Positions 49,327-61,470 of a DNA stretch of 64,000 nucleotides are shown here, piece after piece; within the stretch, counting starts at the first letter, position 1, and each line of letters starts with the position of its first letter. This DNA comes from Podarcis bocagei (lineage: Eukaryota). The notes beneath the pieces are model-generated. The model was not told the origin of the DNA, ran no database searches, and worked only from the letters and a program-made list of their open reading frames with translations. Both the position numbers and the translations under genes were made by a program. The DNA lies in assembly GCA_964188305.1 (NCBI GenBank), contig OZ076886.1; one strand, given 5' to 3'.

Positions 49327-50807
49327 GGCAGGGCTAAGTAATCATACATAGGGTTGAGCTGTAAAATTCTGTTAAATATTTTAAAATAAATGATATATTA
49401 TTGATAAGTCCAAATTCTGAAATCCAGATGCCTTGTTTATGGAATGCTGTTATACTATCTATAATTAACTGTACGCATTCTTATAAATTCTGTCTTTTAG
49501 AGACAAAGTAAATCTCACTGCAGGGTAATGCTTGCTTTCTCAGTTTCTCCAATCCCTAGAAATGTTAATTTCTAGTTTCCCTGTGATAATCGTTCAGGGT
49601 AGGCAATATCTTAAAAGGGTATGACAAATGTTCACAAATGAAAAATGAAGTGGGGCGGGAAAGGAATTCCCACTCCACCATTCAAAAGCCAGGTCTATTG
49701 AGGTTTTTCTTTTTCTTTTCAAGGCAAGTCGGGGCTTTTAGAAACCTCTTAAAGAAATTAGTTTAACAACTGTAGAAAATCTCTCTTGCTGCCCGAACAT
49801 GATGCTCAGGTGTGGTACTACAAGAATTGTTTGCTGTTGATCCTTAAGATCACATTGGGATATATAGGAGGAGGAAGCAAGCCACCTCAAGTTTATACTA
49901 GGTTAAACAGAATTGTGCTTGTTTCTTGTCCTGAAACAGCCTAATAATCTGCAGTGCTAGAAAGGTCATCTCTCCTGTTCATCTTCCTTTTAGTAATGTA
50001 CTGACATGGTTATTTTGCAAACCAACTGAAACCCTTCCCTGAAGCTCAGGAGAAAATCATAGATGACATGCTCCTTCACAATGTCATTGAAATCCCTGCT
50101 GCAAATCTCCTTCAACTTGTGCTCTCGAAAGAGAGAAAACATATCCAATGTCATAATGCACCAACTTGTTTTCTGAAGCTTAACTTTCCTTTATAAGTGC
50201 TCATTAAAACTTAACATCTAGTCAGATAAGTGCTCTTTCAAAGTGGCTAACTTGTGTCCTTTCAGATATTGCTGGACTACACTCCCATCATCCTGGCTGG
50301 GGCTGGTGAGAAGTAGAGTCCAGTGGCATCTAGGCAGAGAATACCCTTTAGCCACGTATAATAAACCATAGGCGAGGGGCCATTTTTCCAAAATACCTAA
50401 GTATTGTCAGGGCTTCGTTCAGGTCAAGGAGATCTCCTTGGGCCTTTCACAGAAAATGAAGCTTTTCTCTAAAAGTAGGTGAACGTGTAACTTCATGAAC
50501 ACAATAGCTGCTGATTCTGATGCTCTTTCTTGATCTTAGTGGAGAGAAAGTAGCTCAAGGTGCCCTCTCACTGAAGCTTACATTTCGGCATCCATTTTGG
50601 GGGAGATAACACGACATCCTCTTCTCTTAACTGATCAGAGCTAATGGACACTAGGATGATAGTAGATGGAAGGAGTTCTCACAGGCACTTCTAATGGCAT
50701 GTTTCCCTGTGGAAGCCTGGAAGGGTGAGCATGTTGGTGTTTCAGTGACAGGAATGTGACCTGACAAGAGGCTGCAGTTGTAACGTTCCGTGTGCTTTGA
50801 TTTGCAG

Positions 50808-50925
50808 CCACCCAACGTCATGTTGCAGTGCTGCAGAAATCATGTCTGTGCTGTTTTTCCATACCATGAGGTACAAGCCGCAGGATCCCAGAAATCCCAA
50901 CAATGACCGGTTTGTTCTTTCCAAG
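50808..50925 (+). CDS. TKT: Transketolase exon 2 ([20 protein letters not shown]...DRFVLSK)
   Basis: ttgcag|C...AAG|gtaaga; 118 nt; conserved GHP and DRFVLSK motifs. Confidence 0.97.
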
Positions 50926-52002
50926 GTAAGAGCTAGATCTTTTTCATTACTCTCCTGAAGGCTAGCTCTGATTGAATACTCTACTCTGTTTCCTAATGGC
51001 TCTTTGCAACAGGGGAAAAAATATCCTCAGCAGTGTTCTTATTCAACAATGCAAAAAATCCAAGAATTTCTTTGCCATCCTTCGCAATTTCTGCGCTTAT
51101 CCTTGGATTCATGCACTTGTTTCAAACTCCTTGGGCTTTTGAGACATTGGCTCAAATGCCAATCAAGTTAGTCACACCTAAGTCCTATTGGAATCAGTAG
51201 GACAAGTAGCCAACGGGACATTAATTTCAGTGGAACTTGAAATTCAGCCGACTGTCTTTTGCTTTGGGCTGTTACTCCTTATCTCTACCTCTTTGTACAC
51301 CCTGAGATGGGGAGTGGGGCTCAAACTCACTTATGAAGAGAAGCAAGCCATTAACCAGGAGGCCCCATATATTGCAGGATCCTTGGGATTTTTTCTCACT
51401 TTGGGCATTTGCTTCTCTCTACAATGAGCAGAACAGAGGAGGGACTGGGAGAAAGTATTTGCAGCCTTCTGGTCTTTGACTTGAAATATTTCCCCCCCCC
51501 TTGCACATGTAGACATACCTATTTTTAAAAACTTTCCCTTATTCCTGTTCTAACTGCTTGTCTGCTCCCACTCTTTTCCATTACTTCCTACTCCTGTTTT
51601 TGCCTTGTTTGCCATGCTGTTTCCTATTCTAGAACAGCCATCCCCATTTTCTGTTGAGCCCCTTTCCCCGTTCTACTAGTTCACTGTCCCTTTTTGCCTC
51701 ATTTAAACTCTCTGATTTGAATAAGACCCTTCAGCAGGGACCATGTCACTAGTATGATATCTAATGGTTTTTCTCCTCAATAGTTATTTTTTAAAAAAAA
51801 CAATAACACAAGAGCTTTGCTGCATCAAGCAAAAATCCCATCTACTCTAGCATCTTGTTCTTGCAGTAGAGAACCAAATGCCTGCAAGCAGAATATGAGG
51901 GCAACATGTTGACATGAGCATTTCCATATCCTTGCATGCTATTTTGCCTCTCTTCTTAAGATGGTCTGCAATTGTTGATTTTGTTTCTTCCCCTTCGTCT
52001 AG

Positions 52003-52116
52003 GGTCATGCAGCCCCAATCCTGTATGCTGCCTGGGCTGAAGCAGGCTTCCTCCATGAATCAGAGTTATTAAACCTGAGGAAAATTGATTCCATTTTGGA
52101 AGGCCACCCTGTGCCA
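52003..52116 (+). CDS. TKT: Transketolase exon 3 ([15 protein letters not shown]...LEGHPVP)
   Basis: gtctag|GGT...CCA|gtgagt; 114 nt; active-site His residues; this segment is missing in human TKTL1, consistent with TKT proper. Confidence 0.97.
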
Positions 52117-52389
52117 GTGAGTATTTTGGGAAAACGCAGGGAGATTGCCTTAGGAATCAAAAGTTTGTGTACCTTTTACACTACTGTCAACATCTGGTTC
52201 GTAGTGATAGTTTAGCAATGGTTTAGGTAACAGAAATAAACCCCTGGGTTGACAACAAATGAAGTATAGTTAAAGGTGTCCCCCCGCCCTGAGAAAGCAA
52301 CCAAAGAAGATTACTTTTACATTTTAGAAGGGCACTCAATGCCTTTACTTTTATGCACGTCAGTATTAGCTATGGTATTAAAACAGGCT

Positions 52390-52560
52390 CCTACCAACCT
52401 AGCAGTTCGAAAGCACGAAGTGCAAGTAGATAAATAGGTACCTCTCTGGCGGGAAGCTAAACGGCGTTTCCGTGTGCTGCTCTGGTTCACCAGAAGTGGC
52501 TTAGTCATGCTGGCCACATGACCTGGAAGCTGTACGCTGGCTCCCTTCAGGGGTCCCTTT
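52390..52560 (+). mobile_element. Sauria SINE, truncated and internally deleted
   Basis: SINE core sequence; TSD AAAACAGGCT. Confidence 0.85.
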
Positions 52561-52932
52561 AAAACAGGCTACTTTTTATGATGCTCCAACACATCTCTCA
52601 TACCTCTGAGAATGGATGGATGCTTCATCACAAATCCCCTCCACACACTGACACTGCCTACCCTAGATGCAGAAGCTCACCTAATGAGCAGCTGTTTTTG
52701 GAATGTACGGTAGATCAAGATAATTAGTTCAGCATGCTTTCTTCGTTTGTTAGAATCTGTTTAACATGACCATTGCAACAGCTGCCAGCTAAGAGCAGAA
52801 AACGGGGCTTTAAATATTTGGGGCAGGTGCAGCTTTTGCATCTCAGACCTTCAGAGATGTGCCGTATGGGTTATGACTGCAGAGTAATACTTAACTCCTG
52901 ACACACCTGTATTGCATTAATTTACTCACGTA

Positions 52933-53127
52933 GGGTTGCATCCGGTGCTGCTGATCTGCTCACACAACATACTACCTCTTGCACATGGGAGTGTCTGCTT
53001 CCTCTTCCCTGCAGTTCCTTGTGCACTCTTAAAATCTGATCCAGAGCAGATTTTTGGGTCACACAGAAGACGTAGGGGTAGTAGTCTTGTTGCATGAGTG
53101 GAACGCCAGTTGTATTGGATGCAGCCC
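52933..53127. mobile_element. Palindromic MITE, possibly PIF/Harbinger-like
   Basis: TIR GGGTTGCATCC / GGATGCAGCCC; similar ends at ~21490-21907, ~34688-34945 and ~36107-36221. Confidence 0.5.
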
Positions 53128-53511
53128 ATAGGCTCTTCTCGTGACTTCCTGAAGTGCTCAGAGGGAGTGCTTGATCTGGCAGCTAAGGCTGACTAAGGGC
53201 CAGATTTCAAGGGCAGGGTGGGGTTGGGTTTGGTACAGTCCTTAGATAATATAGATGGCTAAAAAGATGAGTATTGATGGTGAAAAGGTGAGTTTAACAA
53301 ATTAGTCTTCAGAGAGTTAGGCTGGTATCTTTCCCTGCTGCACTAGATATACCTGTGGGAACTTTGGGTCAGGGTTGAACATGCAGCCTGTTCTGTGAAT
53401 TCTTACTTGGAAGTAACCCCAAACTGGGCTCACTGCTGGTGTGCCTAGGATTGAAAGCTTAGGGTTTATGAAGTAGATATTCTTTTGATTACATGCTATT
53501 CTTCTTTTTAG

Positions 53512-53609
53512 AAACAAGCATTCACTGATGTCGCTACTGGATCACTCGGTCAAGGCTTGGGTGCTGCATGCGGTATGGCCTACACCGGGAAGTACTTTGA
53601 CAAAGCCAG
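53512..53609 (+). CDS. TKT: Transketolase exon 4 ([33 protein letters not shown])
   Basis: tttttag|AAA...GCCAG|gtatct; 98 nt; TGSLGQG motif. Confidence 0.97.
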
Positions 53610-56179
53610 GTATCTTGAAAATATTTCACCCTCTTTGCTTGCATGGAGGTATATGGATGGATAAGGAAATGAAGCAAAACTGCCCATGATGCTGTTACAC
53701 AATCAAGTTTCCAATCTCAAGTTTGAGGATGCAGACCCTGCTAAATTAACAAGATTCATCTGTTGTTAAATTGGGCACAGAGCAAAGAAATGCCAAATCT
53801 GGTCCACAACCTTTTGAATTGCAATTATAGCTTGTTCGGTGCCCATGAAAGAGCGAGAATCTTCATACCTCTGCAGAAATAATGCTAGTGACAATGGAAT
53901 AGAAAGGTGACTTTATATGAAAGCAGTATTTAGCTTGAGCGAAAGCGAATTTTGTTCAAAGATTGTGATGGCAACACAGCGTTGTCCAACAAAGGTGTTA
54001 GAGGATATTATGCAGAAGAACCCTGTTGTGCAACTCGTAGTGAGTTCAAGGGCAATAGTCCTGTTAGAACTGGTATGAAAATCTTCATGTGGTGTTAAAG
54101 AAAAGTAGATATCCAAAGGCATTTGTCTGTGTGTGTTGGGGAAGTTGATGTATTTTATGTGACAGTATTAGAGCATGAAAATCTGGGTTGCTGAGTAAAT
54201 GCAATTTTACATTGCACACTTCACTTGCTTGAAAGCATTTCTGTGTACACTGATGTGCTGATCTTAATGCAGCCTGGCAGGTGGTATTCATAGAAAGACT
54301 TTATCTCTGCCTACGGTTGGTGCTCACTGGCTCTTTGCACGTCATGCTGGGGAATAGCCAGGGTTTTGTAAAATCGTAACTTAGCTAGGTGACTAATAAA
54401 GTTTGCAGATACGTGCCCTAACACAAACGATATTTACTGTAGATGATAGCATGAACTGCTCTCATCAGTATTTATCCATTTTTATTCCTGCCTTGCTGTA
54501 TTATTGCCAGCTTGCTATATACACACACCCCTCCTCACCTCTCACACAAATACATTTAATTTGCACACTGATGTTTTGGCAAATAGACAAATCAGCCCAG
54601 AAATTATACAGTCATCTGTAAAGTATTTGAGGAAGTAGGAAATGCAGAAAAGCTAAACTGGGGGGGGGGGGGGAGAGAGAGAAACCCTGTCACTTGGAGT
54701 TGAGTTTGATTCACAAAATCTTAAGGCTGAGAGAGGAATGTTAAGTCCATCTAGGATTGTCAACTTTGTTCCATCAGCCTCCTGGGCCTTTTAACAGCTG
54801 CATATTAGGTTTAAATGCTGCTGCCGGTGCATTCCCCATCATGAGATACTGGGATGGGTAGCAAATCACCCATTAAATGTCTGCCAGGAAAAAAAATGGC
54901 ATCAAATTGCACAATGCAGCAGTTACTTGACAGTGGCTCCTTGCTGTCCCTACCAGGATGCATCACAATCCATATTGGCCTTTGCTCATTTGAAAAAAAT
55001 CATAAAGTAGAACTGTCACCTGATTAAAGAAATGCTAGTTACTTGATCATATGGTTTTTAGTTGACTATAACTATGTAAATTTGTATCAGAATAAACAAC
55101 AATGCCAGCATACTCTTGAATGCCTGCACATGCTGCAGTAGGCGCCATCTTACCAGAGACTTTTCATCCTCTGTAAGAGAGAGGGGACAGGGGATGCCTC
55201 TTCAAAGACAACACCTGCCATCTGCAGCTTTTTCTAAGAACGTTTTTAAAATCAGTTCTTTTGCTTTGCTTTTTAAAACTCACAGACCTTGTAAATAAGC
55301 CCATAGAAGTTACTAGCCTGCAGAACTGTTTACAAGCTTGCTGGTGGCTAACAAAGGATGGATGGAGAGCTCTGTTCCTTTTGCAACAAGCTGTGGCATT
55401 GTGTGCTGGAAGTAAATGGGAAAGGGTTTCCATCCTCCGGCATCTCCCTTAGTCTCTCTGCTGGTTGCTCAGCAGGGACAAACTCGTCTATCCCTCTGTT
55501 AACACCACTCATTTGCCTGCTTAGAATTGCATCATGCACTCAACCTGCATGCAGTTCCTAATCACGTGTGGCTACCAGGCTAGTGCTTAAATGCAAGGCT
55601 GAGTCTTGGGCACCTTTTTAATAAATCAAAAGGTTTCTAATCTATATTAATATAATCAGCCGTACCAAGAAGGAACATTGCTGTGCAAGACTGTCGCTCC
55701 CAGTGCTTTTACTTGTGGCAGATGCTAATGACACGAAAGAACTGGGGGTAAACCCAGTATAATGGAAGTGGGGCTGAACCTTTTATTTAACTGCAGTAGG
55801 CCACAACTGAGGGCCAAATTAAACATGACTCTAAATGCATTTGGAAGTTGCATTTGTATGTTTGGTTGGTTGTTTTTTTTACAGCTAATAGTGATATGTG
55901 GGTGGGAAATTCTATCCTCCGCTAAATATGCCTCATGCTGTCACTTCAACCCAGAAAGGGAGTTTCCATTGGTGGTGGTTGGAGCTATGAACTATAAAAC
56001 AAGCAAACAAAACTTCAAGCATTTTAGTGTCCCAACTTGTTTTCCCTTGAGGTGTAGCAGTTCTTACAGGTTAAGCATTTAGACTCAAATATACATACTG
56101 AATAATGTGCAAATCCTTGCCTTTGGCTAAATAGATTATAAGCAGCACTTGTTAAGTAGTAGCTGAGCTTTCCCAAGGA

Positions 56180-56193
56180 TTTTGCTGAGTCAC
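56180..56193 (-). promoter_or_regulatory. Antioxidant response element (NRF2/BACH1-sMAF site) in TKT intron 4
   Basis: Minus strand reads GTGACTCAGCAAAA, the full RTGACTCAGCAwww consensus. Confidence 0.65.
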
Positions 56194-56747
56194 AGTGATG
56201 GTGTGTTTAGCAGGCACGCATTCATTCCAGCTTTACAGTAAGAGTTATTGTTGAAGCACCTTTTTCCCCTCAAGGTTACATTCTCGTTCTACAATAATTG
56301 GCACTAATGACTCACAGCTTCCCTCTGGTTACTCATTTTGATTACCTTTAGGTGAGGCTTTGACTTAGGCGGAAAAACCAAAAGTAGAGAATAATGTGTG
56401 TTTCAGATTATTCTTGCTGCTCATTATGAGCTCCTTAAATACTTTCTAGGGCACACGGGCACACATTATTAGGCCTCTTAACAACCGCAGCAGCCTACAG
56501 GAACAAATGAAGTTAGTTCAGTGAACTACACTAGGAGGGCTTGAATTTTGGTCTTAAAAACCTGCATTACGGAGCTGAATAATACTTGTCTGCAGCCCTG
56601 TTTCTCATGGTGTATGACTATGCAAAAAAGCTGTCCTCTCAGGGCACATTTATGTTAGAATCCTAAAACCAATATTAATCTGTGCTTAAGGTTCCAGTAA
56701 TGTCAGACATAGCTTCTAAATGACTGTAATTTTGCATGGGTGCTGAC

Positions 56748-57025
56748 AGAATCTTGCTGCATCAGAGCAAAGACCTATCTAGTCCAGCCAGTTAGATGCC
56801 CGATGGCAGCCCACAAGCAGAATATGAAGACATTTCCCACTATTGTTTCCAGCAACCGTATTTCAGTGGCGTCCTGTCTAAATCTGGAGGTAGCATATAG
56901 CCATCATTATTAGTGGCAGCTAATAGCCTTTTATATTCTATGAATTTGTCTAATCTGCTTTTAAAGCCATCTAGGCTAGTGGCTGCTACCATATCCTGCA
57001 GCAGCTCATTCCATAGGCTCATTCC
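56748..57025 (-). mobile_element. CR1 LINE 3' fragment (second subfamily)
   Basis: Minus-strand peptide LWNELLQDMVAATSLDGFKSRLDKF plus 3' UTR; similar UTR pieces at ~5310-5385 and ~14290-14590. Confidence 0.8.
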
Positions 57026-57726
57026 ATAAAGGGAGGAGAGGGCTTTTTAATAAGAACAATACTTCCCACAATTCTTGGGGAGGGGGGGAAACCATGACAC
57101 TGAAGGCAGGCTTATGTCTCTAGTGCAAGCCTGATTGTAGAACAGGACCTCGGAGAGCATCCACAAGCCTTGTGTGACCTGTCAAACCAAATCCCCAAAT
57201 GCAGGCATAAATCTTGTGTCCATACCCCTGCGGATGGCAGCCATAAGAAATAGGGCATAGCTAGCGTAAAGCTTTTATCTGCACATGTGTAAGTTTTCTG
57301 TGATTACTTTGACACAGCCCTAAAAAATTGTATTTTCTTCCTCCTGTCTTCAAAACTGACTCATTATTTTAAATTAGATTTTAAAATTATGTTTTGGTGA
57401 CTATTTTCTGGAACACATTTGCTGGATTGCTGGTGGAAACAGAAAGCTGGACTAGATGAGCCTTTGTCTGATTCACCTTTAGGCTCATAAAATTTATTTT
57501 ATGTTGCATCCAGTACTATAAATCACTTAAGCTTTTCCAGTATAAATGAGTCACAAACCAACACAAACAAGACATTTGGATCGACCCATCTAATGAGGAT
57601 TGTATACTTTCTCTCTGATTAAAGGAATAAATCAAAATACACTGGCTGCCAGAACAGAAATAACCCAAGACATCTTAATGCCTTTAGTATCACACACCCA
57701 GAGAGCATGCTTTGGAAACATTATAG

Positions 57727-57861
57727 CAACCTTTCTCAAACTTGGGTCCCTGGATGTTGTTGGACTACAACTCCCATCATTCCTAGCTACCAGGACCAGT
57801 GGTCAGGGACGATGGAAGTTGTGGTCCAATAACATCTGGGGACCCAAGTTTGAGAAGGCCG
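57727..57861. mobile_element. Palindromic hAT mini-MITE, with a second one at ~57905-58035
   Basis: Arms ttctcaaacttgggtccc...gggacccaagtttgagaa. Confidence 0.8.
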
Positions 57862-58594
57862 TGTAATAGTATGCGAAGCGCACTCATTCTAGTTGTAGCA
57901 AAGTCAGCGGTGGGAAACTTAAGGCCTTTCAGATGCTGCTGAACTAGAAACTTCTGTCCAGCATGGCCATTGTTCACAGATAGTTGGCATTGTAGTCCAA
58001 GGGCATACGGGCAGCCACAAGTTTCCTGCCCCCGTCCTAATGGTGAAACCGAATGTAACGGCAGCAGGTCTGTGTTGAAATCCAGTTCTTCCCCAGCCAC
58101 ACAGGAAGCTGGGGATGGTGACAGGGTCTGAATTTAAGAATAAAAGGAAGTGATATACCGGACTTTCACGTGGCTGTCACTTGAAGTTTTTTTGATGCCA
58201 AAAGTCTGTCAGGCTAGGAAGCATGTGGCTGGCATGATGGGCTGTGCCCCTGACTGCCTTTTGCTCCTAAGATCCAAACCTATTTTCTCCAGATACACAA
58301 ATGTACTGCTGTAACACCTAACTAGGTTATATAATAATGATGCAACAAAAAATGGTAGAAAGAAAGGAAAGTACTCAAAAGCAAAATTCCTCAGAGGGCT
58401 GAAGCATGTTATAGGCTTTGAAGAAGAGCCAACAAAATCTATGTAGGAAGAGTGTCATTAAAGGCAAAATGTTTCATTGGGGCTACTGTTGTATTGTCCA
58501 TACTGCGTAGGCTTATCTGAAAAAGTGTTTTTCCTCCTTTGTCAACTTATGATACTGAATATTTACTCCCTGCTTTTTGTTATTCAATACGCAG

Positions 58595-58786
58595 CTACCG
58601 TGTTTATTGTGTCCTCGGTGATGGAGAATTGTCTGAAGGTTCAGTTTGGGAGGCAATGGCCTTTGCTGGGTTCTACAAGCTGGATAATTTGGTTGCTATT
58701 CTTGACATTAACCGACTTGGACAAAGTGACCCTGCGCCTCTGCAGCATCATGTTGAAATCTACCAAAAACGTTGTGAAGCCTTTGG
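58595..58786 (+). CDS. TKT: Transketolase exon 5 ([20 protein letters not shown]...DINRLGQS...CEAFG)
   Basis: cgcag|C...TTTGG|gtatgt; 192 nt; GDG...N thiamine-diphosphate binding motif. Confidence 0.98.
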
Positions 58787-58834
58787 GTATGTATGTATGT
58801 ATGTATGTATGTATGTATGTATGTATGTATGTAT
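58787..58834 (+). repeat. (GTAT)12 microsatellite starting exactly at the TKT exon 5 donor
   Basis: Direct reading. Confidence 0.97.
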
Positions 58835-60263
58835 TTGAGAAATATATGATGTCTTCAACCTTGGTTGCTCTGTGCTCTTTTCAATTTGTGGATTGAGTTC
58901 GGAGGATCATTAAATGCAGAATCAAAATCTCTAGGGGCAGCAGTCTTCCCACAGGGCTCTCCTGCTGAAGGAAGAGGCCATTTCCCCCCAATTCCTCCCC
59001 TAAAATTCCTGTGCTCTCTGAAAAGCTGCTCCAGAGTGTCAGGGTACAAAGCACATGGGGCTACATGGAGAAGGCAGATTTGGTGAAAATCACCTTGTCT
59101 TCTTCATGCACTGGGAGCCTCCACTGAATCTCAATCCCTTCCACAAACAGAGATGTCTGCATCCAACTTGGAGCCATGATAGTCAATATAAAGGGATCGT
59201 AAACACAGAAAAGTAAAGGCCAATACAGGTCGTTAAATTTTGTCTGGGAGTCAGTCCGTTCTTTCATTTGAAGAGCACAAAATGGCAAGGAAGTGCTTTT
59301 TTTATTTGTTTAGCCGTTGACAGTCATGCTTTCAAAGCGTTTATTTCTGGCTCTGTTGAAATTTGTCCTATTTGAGGAAACTGGCTATTTCCTCACTCCT
59401 TAAAACATGCTTAAAGGCCCCATTGAACTATTTGAGCCTTTAGGTCACATAGGTGTTGTCTCTATTTCAGAAAGGATTTATTGTTATAGATTCTTGTGTC
59501 CTTAGCAAGTATTCTAGACCTTGCTTTAGTTTATAGTTATTTTAATAAAGTGGTTAAACAGGTTGAAGGTAGCTTATAGCCTTTGAGCCCACAAAGAGAA
59601 TGCGATAGTAAGTGGAAAAAATAAAAACTTATTATTCAGAGAGATAATTCTTGGTTTTTGCAAAGGTCCTTTATGCTTATGAATACTTGGAAGATATTTA
59701 TCTTTTAGTCCATGATACATTCTTGCCAAATATTCTTAGCTACTGGTTCTTTTATTATTCATTTATAAAGGTTAGGCTGAATATGCTAGGACTAAAATTT
59801 GCTACTGTTCAGCATGCCATTAGTCAGAGACAAAGACGAATAAGCTAAGGCAACAAGCCCAAGTGCAACATTTTCTGATTCTGACATGTCGCTGGGATCC
59901 AGAGAACTGTGTGCTCATTCCTAAGCATCCAGGAGAGCTTGGTCTTAATTTCTTTCAAACTACTGAGGAGTTTGATACTGAAGATGCATTATAAAGCGAA
60001 CTGTGATACAGCTTGGGCTTGGCTGTTCAAAAAACAAAGCAAAACATCTTATTGGGCGTGCCAAGCCCTTTGGTGCACTTAAGCTATTCCTTGGATCTTA
60101 GCTGCATCTTGCAACAAAAAATGCCATCGTGTAGCTTATTAATAATATATAACTATATGTACCAGTTCAGTGCTTGCTTTTGCTTATTCGGCACGGAGCT
60201 CTTATAAAAAGCTTTGCCTCTGCAAATCCTTTTAAAAGCTAATCTGTTTGTTTGCATTCCTAG

Positions 60264-60382
60264 CTGGCATGCTATCGTCGTCGATGGGCACAGTGTGGAG
60301 GAACTGTGCAAAGCCTTTGGCCAGGCCAAACATCAGCCAACTGCAATTATTGCCAAGACTTATAAAGGCAAAGGAATAACAG
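60264..60382 (+). CDS. TKT: Transketolase exon 6 ([18 protein letters not shown]...[12 protein letters not shown])
   Basis: tcctag|C...ACAG|gtgatg; 119 nt. Confidence 0.97.
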
Positions 60383-60519
60383 GTGATGCCAGGCGGCAGA
60401 CTTTTCAGCTGAGCAGCAGCTACCGCTATGATTTGCTTGTTAATAGTATTTCTAGCCACTTTTTAAATTAAGGATAAGGATGATGATAAGGAATTACATA
60501 GTGCTTTCATAACACTTAT

Positions 60520-60697
60520 ATTGTCATGTAATCCTTACAGCAACCCTGCATTAACATTAACGCTGTTTTGCTGAAAGGGGTCTGAGATCGAAAGAGTGGT
60601 TTGCCTATGGCCACCTAGTAAGTTCAAGGCAGGTGTGAGATTCAAAAGCAGGGGTTTCCTGAGTACAAGTTCAGTCTTTTCACCACTATGCTACACC
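60520..60697 (-). mobile_element. Old tRNA-derived SINE (MIR/CORE-like)
   Basis: Minus-strand head tgtagcatagtggtgaaaagactg with a B-box remnant; taatccttacagcaaccctg core. Confidence 0.55.
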
Positions 60698-60715
60698 AAC
60701 TTTCACATTTATTTC

Positions 60716-60718
<3 letters not shown>

Positions 60719-60768
<50 letters not shown>
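60719..60768. repeat. (AT)25 microsatellite within nested inverted repeats
   Basis: Direct reading. Confidence 0.95.
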
Positions 60769-60772
<4 letters not shown>

Positions 60773-61194
60773 AATAAATACACCAACTATCACATTTATT
60801 TCTCTCTCATACACACACACACACACACATATGAATGAGAGAGAAATAAATGTGATAGTTGGTATAGCATAGTGGTGAAAAGACTGAGCTGCAAGTCAAT
60901 ATATATACTGCTTGATTTCAGAAAACCTCAGATTATATGACAGTGTCATTAATGATCTCATTAGAAAATGTTTACACCACATCACTAAGTGTGAAAGGCT
61001 TGATTTCCCCCAGTAAGACTTCAGTATGAACCAGTTCTTTGAAATCAGTTCCTCACTCAAGCTGAAATGCCTGCTAAACATTTCTGCATTTGCAGGTGAC
61101 TAAAATGGCAAGATGGCTGACACCTTATTACAGGGTGGCATGTCGCCTTCCAGACATTGCAGGAGTACAGCTCCCTCTATCATTGAGCGTTGGT

Positions 61195-61470
61195 CAGTGG
61201 CGTAGCTAACTGCTTGAGCGCCCGTGGCGACGCAAATGCCCTGCACTCAGGGACGCTGCAAGCTGCTGCTGCGCGGAAGCTCCACAGAATCCGCAATCCC
61301 CACATTGCCGTTTCGGGCAGCGCGGAGTCTGCAGGTGTCCAAGCCACCACGTCACTCCCCAGGAGAGATGTGTGGCTCGGGCATGCTGCAGGTCAGGCCC
61401 CGCGATCACCCCCCTCAGTGATGAAACCTGGGGTGGCCCGCATTCACCGCACCCCCTTCCTACATCACCG
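61195..61470. mobile_element. hAT element nested in a mini-MITE (~61130-61560)
   Basis: Perfect 8-bp TSD GCGTTGGT; TIR CAGTGGCGTAG / CTACATCACCG. Confidence 0.82.

Noticed and set aside
26339-52560. All four Sauria SINEs lie in sense orientation
   Set aside because: With four copies, a shared orientation has a 1-in-8 chance; not significant
53610-53618. Donor GTATCTTGA as a U12-type intron
   Set aside because: Differs from GTATCCTT, and there is no TTCCTTAAC-like branch site before the exon 5 acceptor
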